Source of the DNA: Candidatus Heimdallarchaeota archaeon B3_Heim
Lineage (GTDB): Archaea; Asgardarchaeota; Heimdallarchaeia; Hodarchaeales; Hodarchaeaceae
Length of the DNA: 32,000 nucleotides
Direction of reading: 5' to 3'
Assembly (NCBI GenBank): GCA_003144275.1
Contig: NJBF01000035.1
Span: 9,288-41,287 of the forward strand
The position numbers were made by a program, and so were the translations under genes. How positions within the stretch are numbered: position 1 is the stretch's first letter; each line of letters opens with the position of its first letter. The notes under the pieces are model-generated. The model saw only the letters and a list, made by a program, of their open reading frames with translations, was not told the DNA's origin and did not search any database. This document shows positions 17,699 through 26,661 of this stretch, piece after piece.

Positions 17699-18004
17699 AT
17701 GGAGAATCGTTCGAAAATTTTGATTGGATCAATATTTATTGTCATTCTTATGCTTACCTTGAGTCCATTTGCTGATCCTAATCCTGATGGTTTAGAAAGC
17801 GCTGCCGGCGAGGGAAACTACGAAGGAAGTGCATTTGATTTAGGCTTCTTAACCGATTATGGATCTGAAGACTCGCTAATTTATCAATTGATCCAGAATG
17901 ACATGATAGCAACCATTGTTTCCGGTTTAATTGGAGTAATTATAGTTGTTTGCTTATTCAGTCTACCTCTTCTATTCTTACGAATAAAAAAGAGCAATTC
18001 TTAA
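17699..18004 (+). CDS. PDGLE-domain ECF accessory component (NikN-like)
   Basis: FADPNPDGLE motif, two TM segments. Confidence 0.85.
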   Translation: MENRSKILIGSIFIVILMLTLSPFADPNPDGLESAAGEGNYEGSAFDLGFLTDYGSEDSLIYQLIQNDMIATIVSGLIGVIIVVCLFSLPLLFLRIKKSNS

Positions 18005-18802
18005 ATGACAGATATACACCATTACTGTAGTGCTCTACGGACTCAGAAGCAAGTATTAGATATTAGGAGTAAGCTTATCGGCTTAGTTCTTATTGTCCTT
18101 GGATGTTCATTCCTTGTTGATTTCTCTCAAGTCTCCTGGTATGCAATTCTTCTTCTCCTTCTCGTCCTCATTTTAAAGCCTCGAAAGACATTTTTAAAAC
18201 AAATTGTTTTAACACTCCCTTTGATTATTTCACTATCACTCATTTCATTTTTTTCTTTTGATCCTCCAACTTATAGCAATTTTTTGTTTGAAGCAACACA
18301 TAACAAAGTTTCATTTGCTTTTTTTACTGCTTTTCGTAGCATTGTAATTATCTCCTACATCTTGGTGATCGTTAGTTCTGAGGAGTCATTTTTCGAAATT
18401 ATTTACGGGTTAGATGATTTAAAATTTCCAGGGTTACTTACAAACTTGTTATTTTTAACCTATCGTTTTTTTAGTCTTATCCAAGAGGAATTTTCGCGAA
18501 TTTTAGATGCTCGTTCGAATCGAATGTATAGTGAGAGTCCTATCATGCAATTAAGATCATTAAAACTTATCGGTAACATTTTAGGAGCCTCACTTGCTCG
18601 ATCGTTTAAACGCGCTGAATACATTTCAGCTTCGTTGTCTGCAAGAGGATTTTCAGGCACCAGTAAATTCTCTCATCCCGAAAAACCATGGACACGAAGT
18701 GGTTTCTTATTTGTTATCTTTACAACAAATATCAGCATTTTTATTGGATTTTATGGACAGAATTCACCTATTGATTTGCTTTTAGGATTGTTATTCCTAT
18801 GA
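18005..18802 (+). CDS. cbiQ: ECF transporter T component CbiQ/NikQ
   Basis: Hydrophobic; LTYRFF...ARSNR and RAEYISASLSARGF motifs. Confidence 0.9.
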   Translation: MTDIHHYCSALRTQKQVLDIRSKLIGLVLIVLGCSFLVDFSQVSWYAILLLLLVLILKPRKTFLKQIVLTLPLIISLSLISFFSFDPPTYSNFLFEATHNKVSFAFFTAFRSIVIISYILVIVSSEESFFEIIYGLDDLKFPGLLTNLLFLTYRFFSLIQEEFSRILDARSNRMYSESPIMQLRSLKLIGNILGASLARSFKRAEYISASLSARGFSGTSKFSHPEKPWTRSGFLFVIFTTNISIFIGFYGQNSPIDLLLGLLFL

Positions 18803-19509
18803 AATTGGATTCAGAATACGCATTGAGTGTACGTAATTTAAGTTTTAAATATATGAAAAACCAGCCTGAGGTTTTGAGGAACATTTCTGTTAATTTTCCT
18901 CTTCATAAAATCACAGCTATTGTCGGGCCTAATGGATCAGGTAAGACTACTCTGATGAAGCATTTTAATGGCCTTTTTTTGGCTCAAAATGGTGAAATCT
19001 TCGTAAACGGCCAAGTTCTAACTAAGAAAACTCGTAAAACCATTCAAAAACAGATTGGTATTGTTTTTCAGAATCCAGATGAACAGATTTTTTATCCAAA
19101 AGTCTATGATGATGTGGCATTTGGCCCAAGGAATATGAACTTGAGCATAGCTGAAATCCATGAAAGAGTCGTTCAAGCTGGAAAATCAGCACATATCTCA
19201 CATTTAATGGATCGAATCACTTTCAATTTGTCCTTTGGCGAAAAAAAGAAAGTAGCTTTTGCTGGTATCTTAGCTATGCGACCTGATATACTTGTATTAG
19301 ATGAACCCACCATCGGTATAGATCCATGGTCGAAAAACCATTTTATTACTCTCATCAGATCTTTTAGCCCTGAAAAAACAGTGATAGTAATAACCCATGA
19401 TTTTGAAATAATGAAATTTGTTGATTACATTATACTAATAAAAGAAGGCGAAGTAAAGGGTAAGTATACTGACTTTAACTCCTTTTTTCAAGAAGAATTT
19501 GCTAATTAA
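18799..19509 (+). CDS. cbiO: ECF transporter ATPase CbiO/NikO
   Basis: GPNGSGKTT, VFQNPDEQIF, LSFGEKKK, LDEP. Confidence 0.9.
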   Translation: MKLDSEYALSVRNLSFKYMKNQPEVLRNISVNFPLHKITAIVGPNGSGKTTLMKHFNGLFLAQNGEIFVNGQVLTKKTRKTIQKQIGIVFQNPDEQIFYPKVYDDVAFGPRNMNLSIAEIHERVVQAGKSAHISHLMDRITFNLSFGEKKKVAFAGILAMRPDILVLDEPTIGIDPWSKNHFITLIRSFSPEKTVIVITHDFEIMKFVDYIILIKEGEVKGKYTDFNSFFQEEFAN

Positions 19510-19518
19510 GGTGATTTA

Positions 19519-19935
19519 ATGACTTTAAAAGAAATTCGTGAGACAATTACATTTTCTTGTGATCCACGATTCAAAAAATTACTCTCTACAAAGAAGCAAG
19601 AATTTGGATATCAAACCAAATCTCAAATGATACGGGATGCACTAAAATACTTTTTCGATTCAGAAAAGATGCTAGAGAAGATTTCTGATACTGATATGAT
19701 CGTAACATTGATTTCAGTAATTTACAATCATCATGATTCAACTACACTAGAAGAATATTTGCGTGTACAACATCAATCTAATGTAACCTTCTCTTCACAT
19801 TTTCATCTCTCCTCTGGAGACTGTATTGAAATTTTAATGATAAATGATCAAGCAAAAAACGTTAAAAAGCTAATTCAAGAGTTACGTGGCATTAATGGTT
19901 TGAAAAATATATCTTTCAAATTAAACCTTATTTAG
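19519..19935 (+). CDS. nikR: NikR-family nickel-responsive regulator
   Basis: N-terminal ribbon-helix-helix; YNHH, QH, HFHL and DCIE metal-site pattern. Confidence 0.8.
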   Translation: MTLKEIRETITFSCDPRFKKLLSTKKQEFGYQTKSQMIRDALKYFFDSEKMLEKISDTDMIVTLISVIYNHHDSTTLEEYLRVQHQSNVTFSSHFHLSSGDCIEILMINDQAKNVKKLIQELRGINGLKNISFKLNLI

Positions 19936-20650
19936 CGGAGTTGGAGGATTTTATCTTTAAGGCTCTTCTTGAAAGCAATCGATCCAGATTCGGGAAATCT
20001 CAAAGTAATTTCTTCCCTGTTAACAAGAATTTTTCGTACTTCAATTGAAATCTTTTCTTCCTCATTCTCTATAAACGGAATGACCCGATCACGAGGAATG
20101 GATTCAAGCCCTTCAAATCCTGCTCCACTTAATGCCTGATAACTACTGACATAAACGTTTTTAATTTGTTGAACTTGTCTGATCTCATTTAATAGCATTG
20201 CAAGTCCAGAAACAGTACAATTAGAGTTTGTGACAATAAATCCATTATTATTAAACGAATCTTGATGTGTAATGATCTCAAGATGTTTAGCATTTATTTC
20301 AGGTATTAAGATAGGAACTTTTGGTTCACAGCGATGCGCAGAAGCATTTGAGAAAACTGGTCTCCATTCTGGGCTAATTTTAACTCAATATCTTTTGCTA
20401 TTGATGCAGGGAGTGCACTGAACACTATATCATAACTATTAGGGGTTAAATTACGAAGTGAACTCAATTTTAAATTAGCAAACATATCTGGAATTTCAAA
20501 TGACGGCAAGTTCCATTTACTCTTGAGTGATTGACCCTCAGATTTATCTGATGCAACCACTTCTGTTAATTCAAAATATGGGTGTGTATCTAAAAGCCGT
20601 ACAAATTGCTGTCCTATTAACCCTGTCCCTAATATAACGCAACGTTTCAC
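19932..20650 (-). pseudogene. asd: Aspartate-semialdehyde dehydrogenase, frameshifted and 3'-truncated
   Basis: GTGLIGQQFV...HPYFEL start. A 1-nt deletion near 20362 (GGA GA CCA GTT) shifts the frame; the second frame reads PVFSNASAHR...TNSNCT...YQALSGAG. Similarity ends near 20000. Confidence 0.85.
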
Positions 20651-20864
20651 TTGTTGTACTCCTATCTTTAAGTTATTTAGCTCAATTCAACACGATCAGT
20701 TCCTAGTACAGATACTTAAATTAACATTTTTGTCTTCTACTTAAATATGTGGTGAATTTTTGCCTTGATGTTCGTAGAAAACAGAAATGTCTTGTATTTT
20801 CGAACAATAATTCATACCAATAACGATATATACCAAAAACGGTATATGTTTCTCCTGATGAAGC

Positions 20865-22019
20865 ATGAAAATACAAGAAGAAACTATACAACAATCATAC
20901 TCTAATGCCTTGAAACGAAAGAAATACAACTCAGAGTCTTCCTGTTGTGCACCGCAGACTCAATCTCAGAGCTGTTGTCCTCCATCAACAACATCAGGCT
21001 TAAATGAACCTGTTTCATTTGGATGCATATATTTAAAGCCTATTCTGATGGATTACATTGAACAAGGAATGACTGTTATTGATTTGGGCTCAGGTGCTGG
21101 TCATGATCTCATGATAGCAGCAGAGCTAGTAGGGCCAAATGGTAAAGCTATTGGTGTGGATTTTACTGATGATATGATTAGAGAGGCAAGGGAGAATGCC
21201 CAAAAAAATAATCATTCTAATGTCACCTTAGTGAAGGCAAATATAAGAGATATTCCTCTTCCTGATAATAGTGCAGATGTAATTATCAGTAATTGTGTCA
21301 TCAATCTTGCCTTAGATAAAAAACAGGTGTTTAATGAAGTATTCAGATTGTTAAAACCTGGTGGAATTATGATAGATGCAGATGTCATCGCAACTAAACC
21401 TTTAAGACGTGAAATTAGAGAAAATTCCAGTCTGTGGTGTGGTTGTGTTGGAGGGGCACTTACTAAAGATGAACATAAAGAAATATTGAACAAAATAGGA
21501 TTTACAAATATATCTGTAAAACTTGGGGAAAAAGAGGAAGTTCAATTCGAAGCACCTGAACTAATAGTCGAATCTGGAATAATTCTAGCAATAAACCCGA
21601 TGAGTGAGAGAATGAAATATTCCTGTTGTAATCTTACTTCTAAGGAAGTTGAAAATCTAGCCAATCCTGAACTCCCAGATGAACTCGGGATTAGAATTTT
21701 AAAAACTGTAGGTCATCCTTTAAGATTAAAAATCCTGCGTCTACTCTTAAATCAGCAAGAATTATGTACTTGCGATTTAACTTCGGTGTTTGAAGAACAA
21801 CAACCAATTATTACGAAGCAATTGGCAAGATTAAAGGAGGAAAATTTGATAATTGGACGTAAGATAACTTTTAGTAAAGAAGGATTGATGGAATCAAAAC
21901 TAAATGGAAAATGGACTGCCTATCGGATCAACCCTGATAAACATGAATTCCTAACCCATCTTCTTTCTCCTTTTATTTCATCTCCGCAAAAGCGAGCAGA
22001 GAATAGGTGTGACTGTTGA
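20865..22019 (+). CDS. arsM: Arsenite methyltransferase (ArsM) fused to C-terminal ArsR-type HTH
   Basis: DLGSGAGHD SAM motif, SFGC, SNCVINL, WCGCVGGAL, N-terminal CC pairs; then GHPLRLKIL...ELCTCDL...QPIITKQLARL...GKWTAY (ArsR/SmtB). Confidence 0.85.
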   Translation: MKIQEETIQQSYSNALKRKKYNSESSCCAPQTQSQSCCPPSTTSGLNEPVSFGCIYLKPILMDYIEQGMTVIDLGSGAGHDLMIAAELVGPNGKAIGVDFTDDMIREARENAQKNNHSNVTLVKANIRDIPLPDNSADVIISNCVINLALDKKQVFNEVFRLLKPGGIMIDADVIATKPLRREIRENSSLWCGCVGGALTKDEHKEILNKIGFTNISVKLGEKEEVQFEAPELIVESGIILAINPMSERMKYSCCNLTSKEVENLANPELPDELGIRILKTVGHPLRLKILRLLLNQQELCTCDLTSVFEEQQPIITKQLARLKEENLIIGRKITFSKEGLMESKLNGKWTAYRINPDKHEFLTHLLSPFISSPQKRAENRCDC

Positions 22020-22078
22020 TATTTTAAATTTACAATTAACGGTGGATTCATGAAGGAATATACCCTGGTATATATTTT

Positions 22079-22106
22079 TGTAATCTAAACCAGCCATGGA
22101 CGACAT
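22079..22106 (+). repeat. Site S7, preceded by imperfect hairpin 22041-22091
   Basis: TGTAATCTAAA-CCAGCC-ATGGACGACAT; last site seen in the window. Confidence 0.85.
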
Positions 22107-22253
22107 TTTTCTTCCGTAATCAATCACTTCTTTTCCGAGATCTACTATCTTTCATATCTTCTTAATTTTCATATTAGTAGTAATCAAAAAAATTAGTAGA
22201 TTTTAAAAAATAAAGTATTCTTTATATAATCACCAGAATAGAGTTGAATCGCA

Positions 22254-23375
22254 ATGAAAAATCTTTTAGATGGTATTGAAGAGATTTTATTAATGGGTCC
22301 AGGGCCTTCACACGTCCCTCCTGAAATATATGATGCAATGACTCGCAAAACCCTAGGTTATCTCGATCCCTACTTTATTGAAATCATGGATGATATCCAG
22401 ATTCTATTAAGAAAATTACTGAATACAAAGAATACGGTGACTTTTCCTGTATCAGGTACTGGTTCTTCGGGAATGGAAACTTGTTTTGTAAATTTGATCG
22501 AACCCAAAGATTCAGTCCTCATATTGGTGAACGGTGTTTTTGGAAAACGAATGATTGAAGTGGCCTCAAGACTTAGAGCTCATGTTACTCCCATTGAATT
22601 TGAATGGGGGACACCGATATTAGAAGAAAAAGTTGAAACAGAGATTTTCAAACAGGATTACAAGATTGTTGCAGCTGTGCATGCAGAAACATCAACAGGT
22701 GTTAAAAATCCCATTGAGAATATCGCTAAAATTGTTAAAAACACAAACTCACTATTCTTGGTGGATTGTGTTACTAGTTTGGGTGGTATTCAGGTTAACG
22801 TGGACGATTGGGGGTTAGATGCGGTGTACAGTGGTTCCCAGAAGTGTTTATCCTGTCCACCTGGTTTAGCACCAGTGACCTTCTCTGAAGAAGCGTTTTC
22901 AACAGTTCTCAATCGTAATCAAAAAGTTCCCAATTTTTATCTTGATGTAAGTCTGATAAGTGAATATTGGAGTGGAGAGAAAAAACGTACATACCATCAT
23001 ACAGCCCCCTCTAACATGCTTTATGCATTCTATCAAGCATTACAGCTCATATTTAATGAGGGTATTGAGAATGTATTCAAAAGACACAATGATAGTCATA
23101 AAGAATTAGTGAAAAGGTTAGAAGAAATGGATCTGCAATTAATTGTAGAAAAGCCTTACCGTTTGCCAATGCTTAATGCTGTACGTATTCCTGATAATGT
23201 TGATGATGTAAAGACTCGTCAATTCCTTCGTGATAATTACAAGATAGAAATTGGAGGAGGTTTAGGTACACTTGCAGGAAAAATTTGGCGGATTGGATTA
23301 ATGGGTTCTACTGCTAGGCTAGAAAATGTGGAAAGACTAAGTAGGGCCCTGATACAAATACTCAAAAATAAATAA
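22254..23375 (+). CDS. Class V PLP aminotransferase (alanine-glyoxylate/serine-pyruvate type)
   Basis: LLMGPGPS, VHAETSTGV, VDCVTSLGG, SGSQKCLS (PLP lysine), WRIGLMG. Confidence 0.9.
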   Translation: MKNLLDGIEEILLMGPGPSHVPPEIYDAMTRKTLGYLDPYFIEIMDDIQILLRKLLNTKNTVTFPVSGTGSSGMETCFVNLIEPKDSVLILVNGVFGKRMIEVASRLRAHVTPIEFEWGTPILEEKVETEIFKQDYKIVAAVHAETSTGVKNPIENIAKIVKNTNSLFLVDCVTSLGGIQVNVDDWGLDAVYSGSQKCLSCPPGLAPVTFSEEAFSTVLNRNQKVPNFYLDVSLISEYWSGEKKRTYHHTAPSNMLYAFYQALQLIFNEGIENVFKRHNDSHKELVKRLEEMDLQLIVEKPYRLPMLNAVRIPDNVDDVKTRQFLRDNYKIEIGGGLGTLAGKIWRIGLMGSTARLENVERLSRALIQILKNK

Positions 23376-23487
23376 GGTCTATCAACATTGTGATCTGTTA
23401 CTAAGTTGTACACCAAAAATAAATACAATCCGTTGCTCGTTTGAGAAGGTTAATAAAAAATTTATATGACAATTCACCTGAGGAGAA

Positions 23488-23844
23488 TTGGAAAGAAGAT
23501 ACTTTATCTGTCCAAGAGGAGAAAAGTCAGGCTTTTGTCAAGAATGTCCGCTTTTCAAACTCTATAAGGACTGTGTGGTTCGTTCAGAACGAATTGAATC
23601 GCGAAGGTTTACAAAAAGTCCCCTTGTAAACCAGACTAGTGACAGACACCTAGTTTATGAACAGAACGATTCAGTTAGCGAAAAAATTCTGAAAATTTTT
23701 CTTATCGTAGCAAGCGTGGCCCCTACGATCCTTATTAGTCTATGGGAGCCCTTTTTTGCCCCTGTTTTAGTTTTTTGTCTTATTATTTCTATTCTTATAA
23801 TAAAAGCGAGGATTAAAACCAGCTTAAGACTAGAAGGAAGCTAA
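23488..23844 (+). CDS. Hypothetical protein, N-terminal Cys cluster and two C-terminal TM helices
   Basis: GAGGAG SD plus TTG start; four Cys followed by a hydrophobic hairpin. Confidence 0.45.
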   Translation: MERRYFICPRGEKSGFCQECPLFKLYKDCVVRSERIESRRFTKSPLVNQTSDRHLVYEQNDSVSEKILKIFLIVASVAPTILISLWEPFFAPVLVFCLIISILIIKARIKTSLRLEGS

Positions 23845-24210
23845 AGATAAAGGAAAAGTAACCGATCCCGATCTTTCTCACATGCGTGAAAACCTTCGTT
23901 TTTCTGATGTAAAACCTTGGTCTAATAAGTATATTTTAGCACAACGGCTTTCTTTAATGTAAGGTGATTGCGATGCACCCAGATTTTTCGTTAGTTTCAA
24001 ACCGCTCAAGATTCACAAGCTACTCATCATTCGAGTTTTCTAGAATTCTTCTAGTTGCTAATACATTAGCATCAACGTAACAATTGGATAATGCTATCTC
24101 GACTTAAATTATCCCCAGTAATTTTTTATACTATCATAGTACGTTTTATCTAATGAGTTAAAATCTAGTATCATTGGAGAAAAGTCGTAAACATTGATGA
24201 GGGTAATGAA

Positions 24211-24507
24211 ATGTCCGAGATAGGAGAAAACACTCCCAATAAGGAAGAAGAAGAACCAAAGGGGATTCGAGCTTCCGTTAAACGGCTTGTCTATGGAGCA
24301 GCGATGCACGGAATGAGCAGACAGGCTTTAAAAAGTAGGATGTATTTTGAACACATGTTTATGCTGATTACCCTCGGTGACCTTATGGGTATCCCTATTT
24401 TACCACCATATTACTCATTACGTATTTTACCTTATGTTGTACCCCAGATTAAGACTTGGAAAAGAAGAATGCTCAAAGAAAGGGATCTTACCGACGCTTT
24501 CTATTAA
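24211..24507 (+). CDS. Small CstA/ArsA-associated protein (CC-star-like)
   Basis: FMLITLGDLMGIPILPPYYSLRILPY...WKRRM resembles small proteins found beside cstA and ArsA-family ATPases; here it precedes two such ATPases. Confidence 0.6.
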   Translation: MSEIGENTPNKEEEEPKGIRASVKRLVYGAAMHGMSRQALKSRMYFEHMFMLITLGDLMGIPILPPYYSLRILPYVVPQIKTWKRRMLKERDLTDAFY

Positions 24508-24545
24508 AGAAATCGGCTTGATAGATTTCTATTTGCTTTTAGGGC

Positions 24546-25571
24546 ATGGTGAAACTGATGTCAAATACTTATTCAACCTATACAGAATTCTTTGACCAAA
24601 AGAAAGATATTCGAACTCTTATATTTGCAGGAAAGGGGGGATTAGGAAAAACCACTCTTAGTGCAGCGACTTCTATACACTTCTCTAATGAGAGAATAAC
24701 GAAGACACTTGTTTTTTCTACAGACCCTCAAGCATCGTTAAGTGACGTATTCGAAAAGGATGTATTTGGAAAAGGGGAGATCAAGCTCGCAGATAATCTC
24801 TATGTCACTGAGATTGATGCTGATAGAGAGATAGAGCTATATACTCAAAGCGTAAGACAAAAAATCTTTGACTTATACCAGCTTGAGGAGATACCTGAAG
24901 AGATAGAGGAGTACATAGAGAGTGCAAAAGCCGAACCTGCTATGCATGAAAGTGCTACTTATGATGCCATGGTTTCTCTGGTTTCTAGGGGAGACTACAA
25001 ACTCTATATATTTGACATGCCTCCCTTTGGACATGGAGTTCGTTTTGTATCCACTGCGGATGTTTTGGACAATTGGATTCATAAAATTACAGATATGAGA
25101 GAGAAGTCAGAAGAATACGAGGAAGTAGCAGCCAAATTTACGGGAAAAACTAAGCAAGACCTAGCTGAAGATGCCATAATGGGTGAACTCACAGAGATAC
25201 GTGACAGACTTACCTTTTTCAGTTCGATGTTGAAGAATGAAGATCAGACTGGTTTCTTCATGATACTGGTTCCTGAAAAGATGGCAATTCTAGACACCGA
25301 GCGTGCAATCACCATGTTTGAGCAATTTGGAATAAGTATTTCAGGCATAATTGTGAACCAAGTCTACCCTCCAGAATTGCTGGAAGATGAAGATCTTTCT
25401 GATTTTCTTAAACACAAGATCGAGATGCAACAAACCCATCTCGAAACGATATATAAGCGGTTTGGAGATAGAGTTTTGGCAGTAATCCCTATGTATGATC
25501 GAGAACCTAAGGGCATAGAACTTCTATCAAAGGTCGCAAAGGATCTGTTTATGTGGGAAAAACCCGATTAA
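24546..25571 (+). CDS. ArsA/Get3(TRC40)-family ATPase, single domain
   Basis: GKGGLGKTT, STDPQASL, variant switch II DMPPFGH, IVNQV. Confidence 0.9.
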   Translation: MVKLMSNTYSTYTEFFDQKKDIRTLIFAGKGGLGKTTLSAATSIHFSNERITKTLVFSTDPQASLSDVFEKDVFGKGEIKLADNLYVTEIDADREIELYTQSVRQKIFDLYQLEEIPEEIEEYIESAKAEPAMHESATYDAMVSLVSRGDYKLYIFDMPPFGHGVRFVSTADVLDNWIHKITDMREKSEEYEEVAAKFTGKTKQDLAEDAIMGELTEIRDRLTFFSSMLKNEDQTGFFMILVPEKMAILDTERAITMFEQFGISISGIIVNQVYPPELLEDEDLSDFLKHKIEMQQTHLETIYKRFGDRVLAVIPMYDREPKGIELLSKVAKDLFMWEKPD

Positions 25572-25591
25572 CCAATATGGAGAGACTCTAA

Positions 25592-26590
25592 ATGGCAACA
25601 TCCTACAGGGATTTCATACAGAAGAAACCAAATTTGAAATACATTTTTACGGGGGGAAAAGGAGGTGTTGGGAAGACTATAAGTGCTGCTGCGATAGCCT
25701 TGGACTTCGCAAGAAAAGGAAAGCGCGTCTTGCTATCCAGCCTTAACCCAGTTCACTCACTGAGCAGTCTTTTTGATCAAAACCTTCCTGGAGGAAAAGT
25801 GGCTAAGATAGAAGGCTTGGATGGCCTTTGGGTTTGCGAAATAGAAATTACAGAGACTGTGGAACGTTACAAGAAAGAGCTCAAGCGTAAAATAGATTTC
25901 TTCCTAAAATATGCCGACATACCAGTCAAGACTGAGACCTTCGTTGAAATCGCTACTACAAATCCCAGTTTTGAGGAAAGCGCTCAGTTCGACCAAATGA
26001 CGACTTTAATGATCGAAAAACAAGACGAGTTCGATGTGATGGTTTTCGATACTGCAGCTGTAGCAAATGCTGTCCGTCTTATTGGTCTATCCAAGCTCTA
26101 TGATCTTTGGCTCAGCAGGATGATCGAGTCTAGAAAGGAAGCTCTCTCTCTTCGGATGAAGCTCAGCTTTCGAAAGGAGAAAATAAAGGAGGAAATCTCC
26201 AAAGACCCTTTAATGGCTGATCTTCTCAAAACAAAGCGAAGAACAGATGCAGCGAAGAAGCTTCTCACAGACTCCGAAAAAACAGCCTTCTTCTTTATTA
26301 CTCTTCCCTTAGCTCTTCCTATTGCTGTCGTTGAAAGATTTATCACCATGGTATCCAGTTTTGATATCCCAGTGGGTGGTATCATTGTCAACAAGGTCAT
26401 TCTGGAAGATATTGTAGAGAAAGAAACGACAACAGACTATCTGAGAAATGCCTACAACCAGCAGGAGACTCACCTCAATTATATTCACGAAAATCTTGGA
26501 AACCTTCTTCGAGCGAATATTTCACTTTTTGAGACAGAGATTCTTGGCCTTAAGGCAGTAGAAGAAGTCGCTGACATGATTACAATTTGA
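25592..26590 (+). CDS. ArsA/Get3(TRC40)-family ATPase with degenerate switch motifs
   Basis: GKGGVGKT, SLNPVHSL (Asn in place of the switch I Asp), DTAAVAN, IVNKV. Confidence 0.9.
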   Translation: MATSYRDFIQKKPNLKYIFTGGKGGVGKTISAAAIALDFARKGKRVLLSSLNPVHSLSSLFDQNLPGGKVAKIEGLDGLWVCEIEITETVERYKKELKRKIDFFLKYADIPVKTETFVEIATTNPSFEESAQFDQMTTLMIEKQDEFDVMVFDTAAVANAVRLIGLSKLYDLWLSRMIESRKEALSLRMKLSFRKEKIKEEISKDPLMADLLKTKRRTDAAKKLLTDSEKTAFFFITLPLALPIAVVERFITMVSSFDIPVGGIIVNKVILEDIVEKETTTDYLRNAYNQQETHLNYIHENLGNLLRANISLFETEILGLKAVEEVADMITI

Positions 26591-26661
26591 TAGTTTAGAC
26601 TTTCCTAGGTACGCTATCTCCCCTTATCATACAGCGAGATACATACTTTATAGGGATTTCA

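Noticed and set aside
18858-18866. AAACCAGCC match inside cbiO
   Set aside because: It is within coding sequence and flanks (TGAGGTTTTGA) do not match the arm consensus.
477-22106. CCAGCC repeats as a CRISPR array or as ends of the ISH3 element
   Set aside because: Spacing is kilobases, with genes in between. The IS has its own CAGT TIRs and TSD lying inside one of the sites.
13932-23629. Short track ORFs 13932-14123, 16106-16339, 18460-18660, 18594-18785, 19173-19355, 20741-20929, 21212-21493, 22633-22818, 23237-23428, 23441-23629
   Set aside because: They overlap better-supported genes in other frames or strands, or lack any motif or SD support.
24020-24103. Minus-strand peptide ...CYVDANVLATRR... 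resembling a PIN/VapC start
   Set aside because: A stop follows ~15 codons later and no other PIN motifs were recognised; too short to support.
24546-26590. Calling the ATPase pair an arsA arsenic-efflux ATPase linked to arsM
   Set aside because: Metalloid-binding Cys residues are lacking, no arsB/acr3/arsD is adjacent, and the context is CstA-type.
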